A stretch of DNA of 64,000 nt. Source: Octopus bimaculoides (Eukaryota). Of this stretch, positions 52,075 to 64,000 are shown piece after piece (positions within the stretch are counted from its first letter, which is position 1; each line of letters opens with the position of its first letter). Position numbers and translations under genes: made by a program. The DNA is taken from the NCBI RefSeq assembly GCF_001194135.2, contig NC_068997.1, positions 11,007,657 through 11,071,656 of the forward strand, read 5' to 3'. The notes beneath the pieces are model-generated. The model was not told the DNA's origin. It ran no database searches and saw nothing but the letters and a program-made list of their open reading frames with translations.

Positions 52075-53040
52075 ACTTTATAGTGATAGACATCCGATGG
52101 TCTCGAGATGACATGGATCTATGCCCGAAGAAATCGTGTCAGATGCCGATGATGGGATAGCGTCTGCTGTGTCTGTGGACACCCACATAGGAGTGGCAGT
52201 CATGCATACAACAACTACATTTGAAGCAGCTGTCTACCGGTGCTACTGTTTTTTTCCGTCCGTCGGGTTCCTTCTTCTGTAATGACAACTTCCTCACTTC
52301 ATCTCCTTTTGCAATGTTTGCTTCCAGCGTGGGCAATCATTTGCGACCTCCTTTTATATCAGGACTTCATATCTCTCATGCAGACGTCCTTGAACTGAAG
52401 ATGAAGTTGTCCTTGTACACTTGTGCCGGAGGCCAATTTCCCATACAGGAGGTCTTTTGCGATCCTCCCATCCGGCATGCGATGTACATGACCGAGTCAG
52501 TGTAGACGTCGCTGCTGGAGCAGGGTGAGTAATCTGGGTATATTGGCGCGGTTTAGGACTTTGGTGTTGATAATTTGATCGGTTCACTTGATATCGAAGA
52601 TGCGTCTTAAATTACGAAGGTGGAAGATGTTGAAACGGCGCTCCTGTCTGGAGTAGAGGCTCTACGGCTCACTGCCGTAAATTAGCGTACTAACGACGCA
52701 AGTCTTAAAGATAACAATATTTCCGGCTTCTTTTTCATTGGAGTTTCCTCTCCAGGGCACAGGGCTGGGCAATTTTTCATCGGAGATCGGCAGTTGCCCG
52801 TGAAACACGTCTCCCCTCTCCAACGCCACCAGTGTTATCCAAGGGAAGGGAGGAGGCGAATACAACTTGGCAGCGGTGGGGCCGCAGGGGTAGCCACAGC
52901 GAGGTTGTATATAGCTTCGAACTGCCTTAGGGACTCCGGATCCGGATTTATCCTCGAGTTTTCCCCGCCAAACCTTTCCCTTAACTGGGTAAAAGAAACA
53001 AATTTCAGTTGGTTAAAATATGATGGTGGCATATTCTAAT
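52075..53040 (-). mobile_element. RTE-clade LINE relic, apparently a 5'UTR-like block joined to the ORF C-terminus
   Basis: 52730-52140 reads FKTCVVSTLIYGSEP*SLYSRQERRFNIFHLRNLRRIFDIK*TDQI.NTKVL.RA...LLQQRRLH*LGHVHRMPDGRIAKDLLYG.L...FKDVCMRDMK ... CFKCSCCMHDCHSYVGVHRHSRR, with 3' end catctcgagaccatcggatg. 52750-53040 is GC-rich with no EN or RT motifs. Confidence 0.85.
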
Positions 53041-55077
53041 TGCGAAAGGCGCATTCACCGACTCTACAGTGGACAAAACATTCTCATTTACAGTAGAAGG
53101 TGTAATAACACCATATCTGCTCAGCGTATCACCTTAGCAATAGGTGTTAGGATAATTTGTAAATAATTTTACTCAAGTACGTAGGACGTAGATACTTTCC
53201 TCGCCATTAAGAATATAAATATTATAGATATCACTGCTTTCTCTGCGGACATAACCTTGAACACGATGATCCGTTTTATATGCAATTTTACAAAATATTG
53301 TTACTCATGTTCTTTCTTCAAAAGAGTAATCAGTTGATAGCTACTGATAAGAAATGATATAGGTTAGAAGCAGTAAACCATATGCTATGTTAATGAAAAC
53401 GATATAATTTCGTTAAAATAGTAAATAAAAATATCGATGACGCTACACGAAAGGCACAGGTTCGTGTACATAACAATACATAATAATGCAGGTAAAATCT
53501 AGAACATGTCAAACTGTCCTGTAAAACATATAACAGCTGCTGAACGTCTTTTCTCTGCTTTGATATACTTCTATGCTTAGCACCAAATGTGAAATGATTT
53601 CTATATGAAATGATTTCTCAAAACGAAAACCACATACCGCAATTTTGTGGCTTACTATGCTATATCAACCTTTAGTAAAATATGTAGAATCTTATACCCT
53701 CTTACATTTTGTTTCTATCTATTATTAAATATTATAACAGAAGCAAATAGTACATTATACATATGCCACAGCAATAGCTAAATTTACAAGTATTACATAA
53801 ACATCTCCATGCAATCTTTAGGGAAGCCAAGTATTAAAATTTAAAGGAAAGACATTTATCGTAGCAAGATGGAAAGACACTGTATTTACGTGGTGTCTTC
53901 ATTCAGGATTGAAACTTTATCGCTAACTACTGCGGATATAAATTAATTTCCAACGTATATTTACGTTTGTTTGATATATTGATAATTTTGTCTTATACCA
54001 TTATGAAAAATAAAAGTTGCGATATAAATCTCTGCTCCAAAAGACCTGCATAATTGTACATTATTGCTTTTCATATATTTTTGTTTATTCTATGTTGTTT
54101 GAAATTCACCACTAAATTCATAAGACTCCTTTCATATATTACCTATTATTAGTAATATCAGTAACCTAACAAAACATGACAATATTTTAACAACGGAGTA
54201 TATATATATATATATATATATATATACAAATGTATATATGCATATATGCATATACGTACGTACACACACACACATTTATATCGTCGTCATCATACATAAA
54301 GCATATTACTACTTTGCTCACAGCAAATGTGCAAGCTTAGTCTTGTTTTAATTTCAATCCATATAAAAACGAATATGAGGCAATACAAACGCGTAAAAGA
54401 AGATGTAGAAAACTGCAATTATCCTAGAGTAGAATATGCCTATATTAGAAATATTTTTATAATATAGATTGATTGTGACATATTTAGAGAAAAGGTAGAA
54501 TACATACTGATATTGACTCCAAAATTGATGAGCAAAAAGAAAATATTAATCTCTAGGGAAACTACATATTTACGTTAAAACAACAGAGAGACATATTGAA
54601 AGTTATCAATTAGGCTATTCTGCAAGTTTTTGGAAGAAACTTTTGTATCAGGTTTCAGAACTTACATTTATACACATTAATGATAGTAGACTTGCTGAGA
54701 ACGGAAAATTATGCGTTCCTTTACGAAATATTTCTATTAATGCCTTTACGAATCTGAGTTTTCCACGTAATTTCATACACGCATATACACACACCATACA
54801 CACACACATATAATTTTCATGCATATTTTGCCCATAACGGATTTGTGTACAGTCATAGACATAATTAATATCATTGACTTGCAAACGAAAAGAATCTGAA
54901 TATTGCATTGTCTAATGCCTGCCGGTAGCCAGTATGTCATTTCATGTCTAATAAATTATATCTTATCTCTCCGTTACGCATACACATGATTACATATGTA
55001 TACACCAGAAGTGCATATATCGCATATACATAAATATACTTGTATGTATATATGTATGAATATATTCATATACATAT

Positions 55078-55212
<135 letters not shown>

Positions 55213-55649
55213 ACTCAAGAATGAAAAACGAAAATGGATCTATATCGGATGCAACGATGGTTACACCAGATTTCCAATCTAAGTCGTCATTTACATGTCG
55301 TATTCTTGTACAATTTTCTGGGTTTTTTTGGGTTTTTTTTCCATATAGGTGTGTATTCAGAATGAAATTCCCTGCAGATGATTTGACAGGACTCACCGTC
55401 TGGATTACTGGTTCAAAACGTGTAACATACCTCAAAATTGTAGAACATTACGGAGAAGCATGTGTTATAATAAACAAGTAGACTGTAAATGTTTATTCTT
55501 TATGAATGCATTATTGTTTATAATACAGGCTCTATTTAAAAGTTAGACATCAAAGGCTGTCTGATACATTATTAATTATTTGGAGTAGTGAGTGTTTTGA
55601 CAAAATTGTATATTTAATATAAAAAATATATCCATCCGTCAGTCATTTA

Positions 55650-55745
55650 TTTTAACTGTGGTACTTATTATATTGATCTCGAAACACTAAGTTACGTGGA
55701 CGTAAACGCACCATCGCCTGTTGTCAAGCGGTGGTGGGAGAAAAC
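55650..55745 (-). mobile_element. SINE family B fragment
   Basis: Minus cccaccaccgcttgacaac ... tttacgtccacgtaacttag, like 17670-17715; preceded on minus by (TG)n. Confidence 0.6.
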
Positions 55746-55864
55746 GCAGATACAGTCTCAAAAGTACACACGCGCAAAAGACTCTCTCTCACGCACACAC
55801 AGAAACACACACACACACGTACAAACACACACATGTTGCGTGTTTATGTTTGTTTTTGTATCTG

Positions 55865-55930
55865 CATTTGTTTCTCACGACCTCTTGGCAACCGGCCGTT
55901 CGGTAAAAAGAGCGGTAAAATAAGTAACGC
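55865..55930 (+). mobile_element. SINE family B fragment, diverged
   Basis: cttggcaaccggccgttcggtaaaaagagcggtaaaataagta. Confidence 0.4.
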
Positions 55931-55959
55931 TGTTCTTTATTTAAGACATGAGGAATTAT

Positions 55960-56197
55960 GTACATAATTTACATTTGGCGTTTATTTGTCCTCATCTTCT
56001 TTATTGTTAGCACAACGTTTCGGCTGATATACCCTCCAGCCTTTATCAGGTATCTTGGGGAAATTTTGAACCTGGGTTCTCATTCCTAAGGTATTTTTCG
56101 ATATTATTATTATTATTCAGATCACTGCCTGGAATCGAATTCGGAATCTTGGGGTTAGTAGCCCGCGATCTTAACCAGTACGCCATATGCCCGTGGG
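55960..56197 (-). mobile_element. tRNA-headed SINE family D with a Penelope-like tail
   Basis: Minus: box A-like tggcgtactgg, tRNA-like head, box B-like attcgattcc, (AAT)n spacer, then a tail containing ctgataaaggctg ... cagccgaaacgtt. Confidence 0.8.
56009..56056 (-). ncRNA. Minimal type I hammerhead-ribozyme-like motif, mutated core
   Basis: GAUAC-CUGAUAA-A-GGCUG(GAGGGUAUAU)CAGCC-GAAA-CG-UU-GUGCU: perfect 5-bp stem II, GAAA box, palindromic AACGUU stem III and a partial stem I. The CUGANGA box has G8 changed to A. Confidence 0.55.
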
Positions 56198-58405
56198 CAA
56201 TTATGGAGTGAATTTCAGGACTTATAAATCTAATATCTTCCTATCCTACCTTAATACCGCACATAAGATTCCATGTACGTGTCTATAGACGGATAGTGAT
56301 ACTGGTCTTGCTACAGACGATATCTGTCTATTACACAAAATGAGACCTATGTTACGCGCCTTAGCTGGTATAACTGCATACTGTACAACTAAAATATTTT
56401 ATATGTACACTCATGCAGAACAACAATTGCTGTTACATGCACCCGCATTCAATATATTTATTTATATAAGCTTATATAAACGTATATATAAACGTATACA
56501 CACATATAAGTGTATATGTGTATATGTATACGGATTTAGGTCTGTATTTATATGCGAGAGTATGGGTGTTTCAGCATGTATGAATGCTTTTGTATTTTCC
56601 CCCTATTACGGCGCCAAGTAGGTATATCATTTTTTTCTTCAAATGTATTAAGCAAATACCCGCGTAAAAGAAAATATCTGCATAAAAACAAAAGTGAAAG
56701 TTGTCGTCTGAAATCGATTCGATGAACGATTCGTTGCATCAAGATTGATCTGGTGCTGAACAACATCACACACGCCTACAAAACCTTTTACTCCTTATTT
56801 CTGTTTTTGCTCAAATCATATATTTTCTAATCTCTAACGTGGTATGTAAGTGAATTGTCATGTAAATTATGGAAACACCGTCAAACGCTGAAATCCTTTT
56901 GTATATATTTGTAAATGTGGTTAATGCTTTAACATTTAGAACTATTTTTCTACGGTTGCACACCGAGCAAGTCGGTAGATCCGTCCGAAAATTTTAACAT
57001 TTTATCATTTGTTTACGAAAGACTTAACAGGCACATTTTTCAGATAGGTTTCTACGAAGGGAACAACATTGCCAGATAAATATTTATGAGTCGTGATACT
57101 GGGGTCGCCGACTAAAACGGAGTGTTTTACTATGTTCGTGTTGTGTCGAATTGCTTGCCAAAACATAAATTGATTGATCTTGTTAATGGCATTTTCAATT
57201 TTTCTGAATGGCTATTAATCTTACCAATATACATTTACTTCTATATCTTAGTAAATTCTTCAAACGCAGATAAATTTATTAGGACAGGTCCCACATCATC
57301 TGAAGGTTACGTCAGAAGACTTGAAGGAGGTAACAGAATGCAGTTAGTAGCAGAGAAAGAACCTAATACTTAAAGGTTTTAATATAAAACTCTGGTGTTC
57401 CTGTCACATCAAATTCTTTTATTCCACTTCAAATATAGAGATATTTCTGACACAAAAATATTTGATTCACTAAATAAAGCAAATCCAGTGATTTTATCAG
57501 GATACAAAGTTAAGCTACAGTGTCAGGCTGCACTATGGTAACTAGTTGTTTTCTCTACTTCAATTGTCAAAGCAACGCATAGTAAAACATATGTAAAATC
57601 TAACTTGTACACACATACGTGAGAAAGCATCCATACAAAAGCAGGCACACTTACATATACACACACATAAACATGTATGCATGTATGTGTGTACATATGT
57701 ATATATGCATATGTGTATATGTATATANNNNNNNNNNNNNNNNNNNNNNNNNNNNNNNNNNNNNNNNNNNNNTATATATATATATATGGATGTATATCTT
57801 TATGTATGCATGAATATACGGGGCTTTGTATGTGTGTGTCGTATATTCCATTATTGAAATGTTCGAGTTTGAAAAGATATTCTCTTCAAAGAAAGATTTT
57901 AATTAAACAACATTTTCTCGAATGATAAATGAAACCATTTAATAAACGGAAGCACCAGTGGAAGTGAGTGATCATCAAACTTCTATCTATAAATTCAATT
58001 GACACACTACATCTTATTTTAGCGCATTTTTCTGATACAAGTTGGAAATGATATGAAGACATTTTGGTTTCAAGTAACTTATTACTCACTCAATGTGTAT
58101 TCGTGACTGCTATCTAACACCAGTCATATCTTTTATGCAACAGATAACCGATACATTAAATGACGCATGCCATACCATTAACGCAAACTAAAGCATTTCC
58201 TTGGAATTTTAATTGTTGAAATGATTGATGATTTTAAATACGTGATTATTGAAACAAAACTCTGCAGAATAACATCATTTATATAACAGAAATCCGTTGT
58301 AATCTGCTAAACGCATACTGACTTTATATGCCATTCATACAGTCCTTATATATTTGGTGTTGTAAATCAAATCCAGCAATATATTCTTCCGATATTATTT
58401 CAAAA

Positions 58406-58975
58406 CTAGTGTACCCGTGCCGTCAGAAATGACGGCATGGAATTGATACGGATAATTAAATTAAAATAAAAACATTGAATTAAATTAAAATAAAAACATG
58501 GAATTAAATTAAAATAAAAACATTAAAACCTTTATATCAGTAATTGCTTCAGCACCACGTTTCTAGTGAAAACCCTACCAGCAATGAGTTCGCCTAGTTT
58601 TGGACGGTCCGTTTCAGTATTAATTAGTCTTTCCGTTCTTTTCCTCGATGTTCTCTCTTTCGATTTCTCTCCTTTGTGTTGCTTCCTCTTCCGATTCATC
58701 TTTTCGCCTTTGCGATGCTGTCGTTCTTATATATTCTCTGTTCAGATATCTCTCCTTTGTGCAGTTAGGTGCTCCTTTTAATTTTGACGTCTTCGAGTCT
58801 GTCTTCTTGCGTCTTGCGCTCGTCTCTCTTGTCTCACTTCTTGTGATTGATTTAATAACCTTCATGTATTGTTTAATCTCCTTGCGCCCGGTTCTATCTG
58901 AGTGAGGTTGGCTGCTCTTCGCTTTTGTCTCTCTCTGGCTAACCGACGTCTTCTGTCTGATTCATTCTCCATAGC
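58406..58975 (-). mobile_element. Internally deleted Helitron: 3' terminus clear, 5' end unresolved
   Basis: Minus: hairpin ccatgccgtca-tttc-tgacggcacgg (58440-58415), 5-nt spacer, then CTAG|T. Just upstream is GELIAGRVFTRNVVLKQLLI*, like the T.N.V...L end of PIF1-type RepHel proteins, preceded by R/E/Q-rich frames (MENESDRRRRLARERQKRRAAN; SQRRKDESEEEATQRRE) like Helitron N-termini. Confidence 0.7.
58454..58525. repeat. 24-bp minisatellite x3 inside the Helitron
   Basis: aattaaattaaaataaaaacat plus tg/gg/ta, three contiguous units. Confidence 0.95.
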
Positions 58976-59657
58976 AGACGCACACATACACACACACGCG
59001 CGAAAAAAACACATCCACACACAAGCACACACACAACACCCTGACGTATTCTAATCACACACATACACGAACACACACAAACATGCACACATATACACAC
59101 ACATAGAAACGTGCACAGTACTAATCAGTGGACAGATTGTTTCTTGAAATTATAACAAAATATCCCAGTGGTTCTTTTTTGGACTCAAAAATAGGGGCGT
59201 GCTTCTGGATGACGAAACGCAACATGTCACAACATCAATATCCCAGAATCCCTTTTATCAATGAGTTGAGTGGGATGTAAATGCATTATTATTCATAAAT
59301 GTAATTCTTCCCAGGTGACTATTATCACCCTTTGCTCTTTGTCTTTATTATAACTTGTTCCCCATGAGAAAAAAGCTTTTTATAGTTTCAAACACGTCTA
59401 CAAACCAAGTACACAGAAACTACTGCATTCGATCGAAAACTCTTCAGAAGCAAAAATAACAACTAACAGATAATAATATTTGCGCAATATTCATTCCATA
59501 ACTCACTATATAAAACGTTCTTAGACGAATGTTTAATTGTAAATATGAAGACCTACTGATAGGCATATGAAATAGGGACTTATTCATGAAATATTTATTA
59601 CGAACAACGATGGAGAAGCCGAGCTTCTTACCAGAAATCATACGTATTGTCACTTAC

Positions 59658-59703
59658 CTACCAAAAATATTAAGTACCAGAAAGCATACGTGATCTCACT
59701 TAG
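59658..59703 (-). CDS. Candidate 46-nt exon LSEITYAFWYLIFLV, phase 0-1, hydrophobic
   Basis: Acceptor ttgcctttcgtttatag| and donor TAG|gtaagt, both near-consensus. Confidence 0.35.
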
Positions 59704-61187
59704 CTATAAACGAAAGGCAAGTTCAATATAATGTGATTCAATCATTATAAGAATAACTTACATAAGCGTTATCTAGATATGAAGCTCATGCATAAATTCA
59801 CTGACAAATCGGAATCTCTATAGGAAACAGGTATAAACATACTCCATTATCTTATTTTAAATTATTACAATGAACGAAAAAGATGATCCTAGATATACAG
59901 CGCAAGGTGGAAATGCAACCACAATAGATATTTTGTTCTTTATGCGTAACAGAGTTGAATGTTTATACCGAATTGAGATGAAAACAATGTATTTGGAAAA
60001 GTAACTGTACACAGAAAATAGACATTTCGTCGACACTAGAACTTAAAGTTAAAAAGTTGTATAAAATTAATTAGTATTACATATTCAGACTTAATAAGGT
60101 AGAAATGAAAAAATCTCCCAAATTTCACACGAGACAATATTATTCATAAATGCAATGAGTAGGATTTTAGGTACTTTCAATGTAACAAAATAATAGGTCC
60201 CTAATACTCATCAGCACGGAGATTCTACACGGTTGCATGACATGTTATAAGCCTTAATCAATTTCCTTTATATCACATTTTACATTACTTTGGCAATAAG
60301 TTTTACATAGAAAGAAATCAATTATTATAAGAACTTGAAGTGATATTTCGTTTATAAAGAGACGCTTTAGCTAGACTGTCCTGAATGGTATAACTATGAT
60401 TGTGATTTAATGGTTCTACTTCTATCATGCTGTTTTATGCTTTTGAATTGTGCACAACTAAAAGAAAGAGCATATTCTTTGATGAAGCTCTAGATTCTTA
60501 AAAGTTATAGGATATTTTAGAAAGTGTATTGGAAAAGAAATTTCAAGGCAAAAATTTGAAGAATATCACAATCAGCTAAAGAAAATGTTCTAATTCAGCC
60601 TACTCATCAGTATGAAGAAAGTAGCTCTGAATGAACATATAATCATTTTCAAAACAGGCCATCACTATATGAAATTATTCAAGTAGAAACATGTATGATA
60701 GCTACACTTTTATGGACAACAACGTTCAAAACTTTAGAAGCAATTGTACGGGTGGTTTCTTCAAACACCTCTGTCATAATGCAGCCGTGATAGTACATTC
60801 AATGTTGACTTAATGGCAACATGCTCAAAATACGCTAATACGTAAGCATGTTTTAACCGGAAATGCTGCTGAGACATGTATCATTAGATTTACAGTACAT
60901 ACTTTTAGAGGTAGCTAAATTTATAACACTCATTACACTTTCAGGTTCACAAAACAAAGAAAAATGCTAAGACAATAACTCTACAGTCAGCAATGTAAAG
61001 TTATTAGTTATTATTGCAGACATATGGATATACTTTTGATGTTTTGAAAATTTTTGTAGACTTCCTACGTAGAAATAGAAGTATTGTGACTTGTTCCCTT
61101 TGTGGGCCACATTTTGAAGAGTTCTAAAACTGCAGGGTCAGTGACTTGCGACGTTTGATAATTTGATGAACTTTGTATCAATTATAG

Positions 61188-61244
61188 AACATTGTATCAA
61201 TGGCACCATTAAAATGAGACGCTGGGAAGACTACACCGTGGAAG
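61188..61244 (+). CDS. Candidate 57-nt phase 1-1 exon HCINGTIKMRRWEDYTVE
   Basis: Acceptor tttgtatcaattatag| and donor AAG|gtattt; open frame. Confidence 0.3.
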
Positions 61245-61380
61245 GTATTTGTTACTCTTATATCATACATAGGTCTGTCGTCGACTTAGAATTGATAAAT
61301 GTAATATTCTAAAGTTGCGGATTAATAGCACTCTTTATAATGTCGTTTTTCTGCCTTTTGATATTTGTTTCGGTTCTCAG

Positions 61381-61442
61381 CTAAGATTTTGCTTAAGATC
61401 TCTTATCCCGTTGATGGATATCAAAAATACCTAACATGCTGA
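61381..61442 (+). CDS. Candidate terminal exon KILLKISYPVDGYQKYLTC*
   Basis: Strong acceptor ccttttgatatttgtttcggttctcag| after a 136-nt intron; AATAAA at 61508. Confidence 0.25.
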
Positions 61443-62071
61443 GAGAGAGATGAAGGAGGATCACAGCATACTCTTTAACATGCTTTTCTCACTATATTTG
61501 TGGCATTAATAAAAAAAAGAACTGTGATAACTTCCGAAATCAAACACATGAATTTTTCTGTACATATCTCAGTTCACCTCTTCGATGACTTTGTACAATT
61601 TAGAAATCTTCGAAAAATCTTCACCAAAATGTAAACTACACGGGGCAGGTTTTTATACAGAAAGAAGCGCTGAAGAATTCCATAGATAATATATTCTAGC
61701 ACACTAAAAACCACAGTTCAGCAATAATTCAGAATTTAAAAAAATAGTAATGAATACAATCTCTGTCACCAATACACACCAACATTCAAATATCAGAGAA
61801 TTCATTATTTTAATTAGAGCTAAGAATAAATTAATTAGCTACATAGTTTGTTTAATGACTACTGTTGTCTTCTCATGAGATTTCTTGGATTTATTTCTTG
61901 CTCATAAACGTCATCGCAGCTAATGTTTAGATATTTTCTCTCTTCGCTAGTTATAATTCTGCTTCGATCATCATTGTGTTCAGAATTTCGAGTCATATAG
62001 CAACGTATAGAAGAGTAATTCCTGCAAGGAACATTTAGACGTTTATTCGATATATATGCATACATGCATAC

Positions 62072-62111
<40 letters not shown>

Positions 62112-62211
62112 NNNNNNNNNNNNNNNNNNNNNNNNNNNNNNNNNNNNNNNNNNNNNNNNNNNNNNNNNNNNNNNNNNNNNNNNNNNNNNNNNTTTGTTTT
62201 TTTTTTGTGAA

Positions 62212-62232
62212 TTCTCTGTCTCTGTCTCTCTG

Positions 62233-62291
<59 letters not shown>

Positions 62292-62310
62292 GTATATATA
62301 TATATATATG
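62212..62310. repeat. (TC)n(TA)n microsatellite
   Basis: Visible. A further (CA)/(TA) tract spans 62555-62734. Confidence 0.9.
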
Positions 62311-62574
62311 TACAATGGAAACTTCTAAACTTCATACATACTTCCAGGGTAATTATTGACACTATTATATTAAGATCGCGGAGAAAACACGCTTCAATGT
62401 TTCTATATAGCTTTTAAGGAAAGTTTTCAGTTTTTCTATATTAGATATCTTAACGATTCACGATTCTATTTGGGACATTATAATGCCTTTTGAGGGTATT
62501 TACAAACGTATTCACCCGTACATATACATGCACACGTTTATACGTAAATACTTACACACACACGCACACGCACA

Positions 62575-62618
<44 letters not shown>

Positions 62619-62694
62619 CATATTTAAGTGCATATATATATATATATACACACATATATGAGTATGTCTGTGAGTGCGTATATATATATATATT

Positions 62695-62725
<31 letters not shown>

Positions 62726-63072
62726 GTATTTCTANNNNNNNNNNNNNNNNNNNNNNNNNNNNNNNNNNNNNNNNNNNNNNNNNNNNNNNNNNNNNNNNNN
62801 NNNNNNNNNNNNNNNNNNNNNNNNNNNNNNNNNNNNNNNNNNNNNNNNNNNNNNNNNNNNNNNNNNNNNNNNNNNNNNNNNNNNNNNNNNNNNNNNNNNN
62901 NNNNNNNNNNNNNNNNNNNNNNNNNNNNNNNNNNNNNNNNNNNNNNNNNNNNNNNNNNNNNNNNNNNNNNNNNNNNNNNNNNNNNNNNNNNNNNNNNNNN
63001 NNNNNNNNNNNNNNNNNNNNNNNNNNNNNNNNNNNNNNNNNNNNNNNNNNNNNNNNNNNNNNNNNNNNNNNN

Positions 63073-63111
<39 letters not shown>

Positions 63112-63647
63112 GTTAGAGAGGAGAGAGAGGGAGGATGAAGGAAGTTAAGTAGTGATAATTTTCTGTTATGCTTCATTTATTTCCAATGAGGTTTCTGAGT
63201 GATAGACATTTGTCAATTTAAAATTCGACTTCTTGTTCCTGTATTTTCTATTCGTTGAATATCGATTACAGTTGTCCATGATTTAGATTTGATATTAGCT
63301 TCTTGATATCATTTCCATATCTCAATCCATCAGAAGATGGAACAAATTCGTGAAAAAGATATTTACTTTGATTTTCATGTAATCTCTAGTTTAATACACG
63401 GTTGGACGGCTAACTAGGACACTGTTGAATAGCCGCTCACATATCCCAAACACTGTTAGAAGATATCGTTCTTAATTCATCTTCACTCAATGGTCAATCT
63501 CTCTTCTTACCCTACCCTGACCCTGTTCCATTTTAATCTACCATCATCATATGGCACGAATGGAGATCTAGAAATAATGAATGAATTCACATAACTGCAA
63601 TAATTATTGACCTCATTATTTTATTATTTTTGTTGCTGTTGCTGTTA

Positions 63648-63679
<32 letters not shown>

Positions 63680-64000
63680 TTATGTTTGACTTTTGTTTTG
63701 CATTTGTACAAGTTGGATCCAAGTCTCACCCAGAGACCTCAAGAGACAACAAGTTAGAAGTTCATGTAGGTGTTATGCCTAGGGTACCATATATTTGGAT
63801 TTGTACAGTTTTGTTCAAGTGAATGTTTAAGAAACCATAAGAAAATTATGTTTGCTTTAAAATTTGAGATCACATAGACAGTATTTTACGTAGGATATGG
63901 GCAGTTCCCATGAGCACTATCTTTTGGACTTCAGCCATTTTGGGGTTTCCTGGTATCTGAGCTAGGTAGTAATCAGCCCGTTTCGCTGTCATTCCCAGGG
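63680..64000 (-). mobile_element. R4/Dong-type element 3' end, subfamily 2; runs off the window
   Basis: Minus from 63998: LGMTAKRADYYLAQIPGNPKMAEVQKIVLMGTAHILRKILSM* (stop 63872-63870), then a ~190-nt 3'UTR unlike subfamily 1, then (AAT)n at 63652-63679. Confidence 0.9.

Noticed and set aside
56120-56197. tRNA genes, here and at 16930 and 50080
   Set aside because: Box A/B remnants run directly into SINE bodies and no complete cloverleaf is evident.
58454-58525. 24-bp repeats as a CRISPR array
   Set aside because: The units are contiguous with no spacers, there are no cas genes, and the context is eukaryotic.
60600-60740. ALNEHIIIFKTGHHYMK resembling piggyBac SIDE.MIPFKGRH
   Set aside because: Only one short degenerate motif; the next expected DN motif is at the wrong spacing and no TTAA/TIR was found.

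Overview
AT-rich, intron/intergenic-type animal genomic DNA from a gapped draft assembly. I count 17 N-runs, most flanked by microsatellites. The microsatellite density and SINE families match what I recall from Octopus genomes (inference from memory, no search run). No intact long CDS, rRNA, tRNA gene or CRISPR array is visible, and most ORF-track entries are N-run or microsatellite artefacts. The best-supported content is mobile DNA: about 15 tRNA-derived SINE copies or fragments in at least four families; five fragments of R4/Dong-type RLE retrotransposons, all abutting (TAA)n/(TCA)n tracts and with two different 3'UTRs; RTE-X-like, RTE and CR1-like LINE relics; a decayed hATm-like transposase; two mariner derivatives; and an internally deleted Helitron. 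The most unusual item is a tRNA-headed SINE whose tail carries a Penelope-type minimal hammerhead-ribozyme fold (56009-56056, minus strand), with a G8-to-A core change in this copy. Also present are a 110-bp loopless palindrome and several short candidate exons on both strands, including a speculative 50-aa secreted-peptide model. The exon calls are low confidence because similar splice-flanked segments arise by chance in AT-rich DNA.
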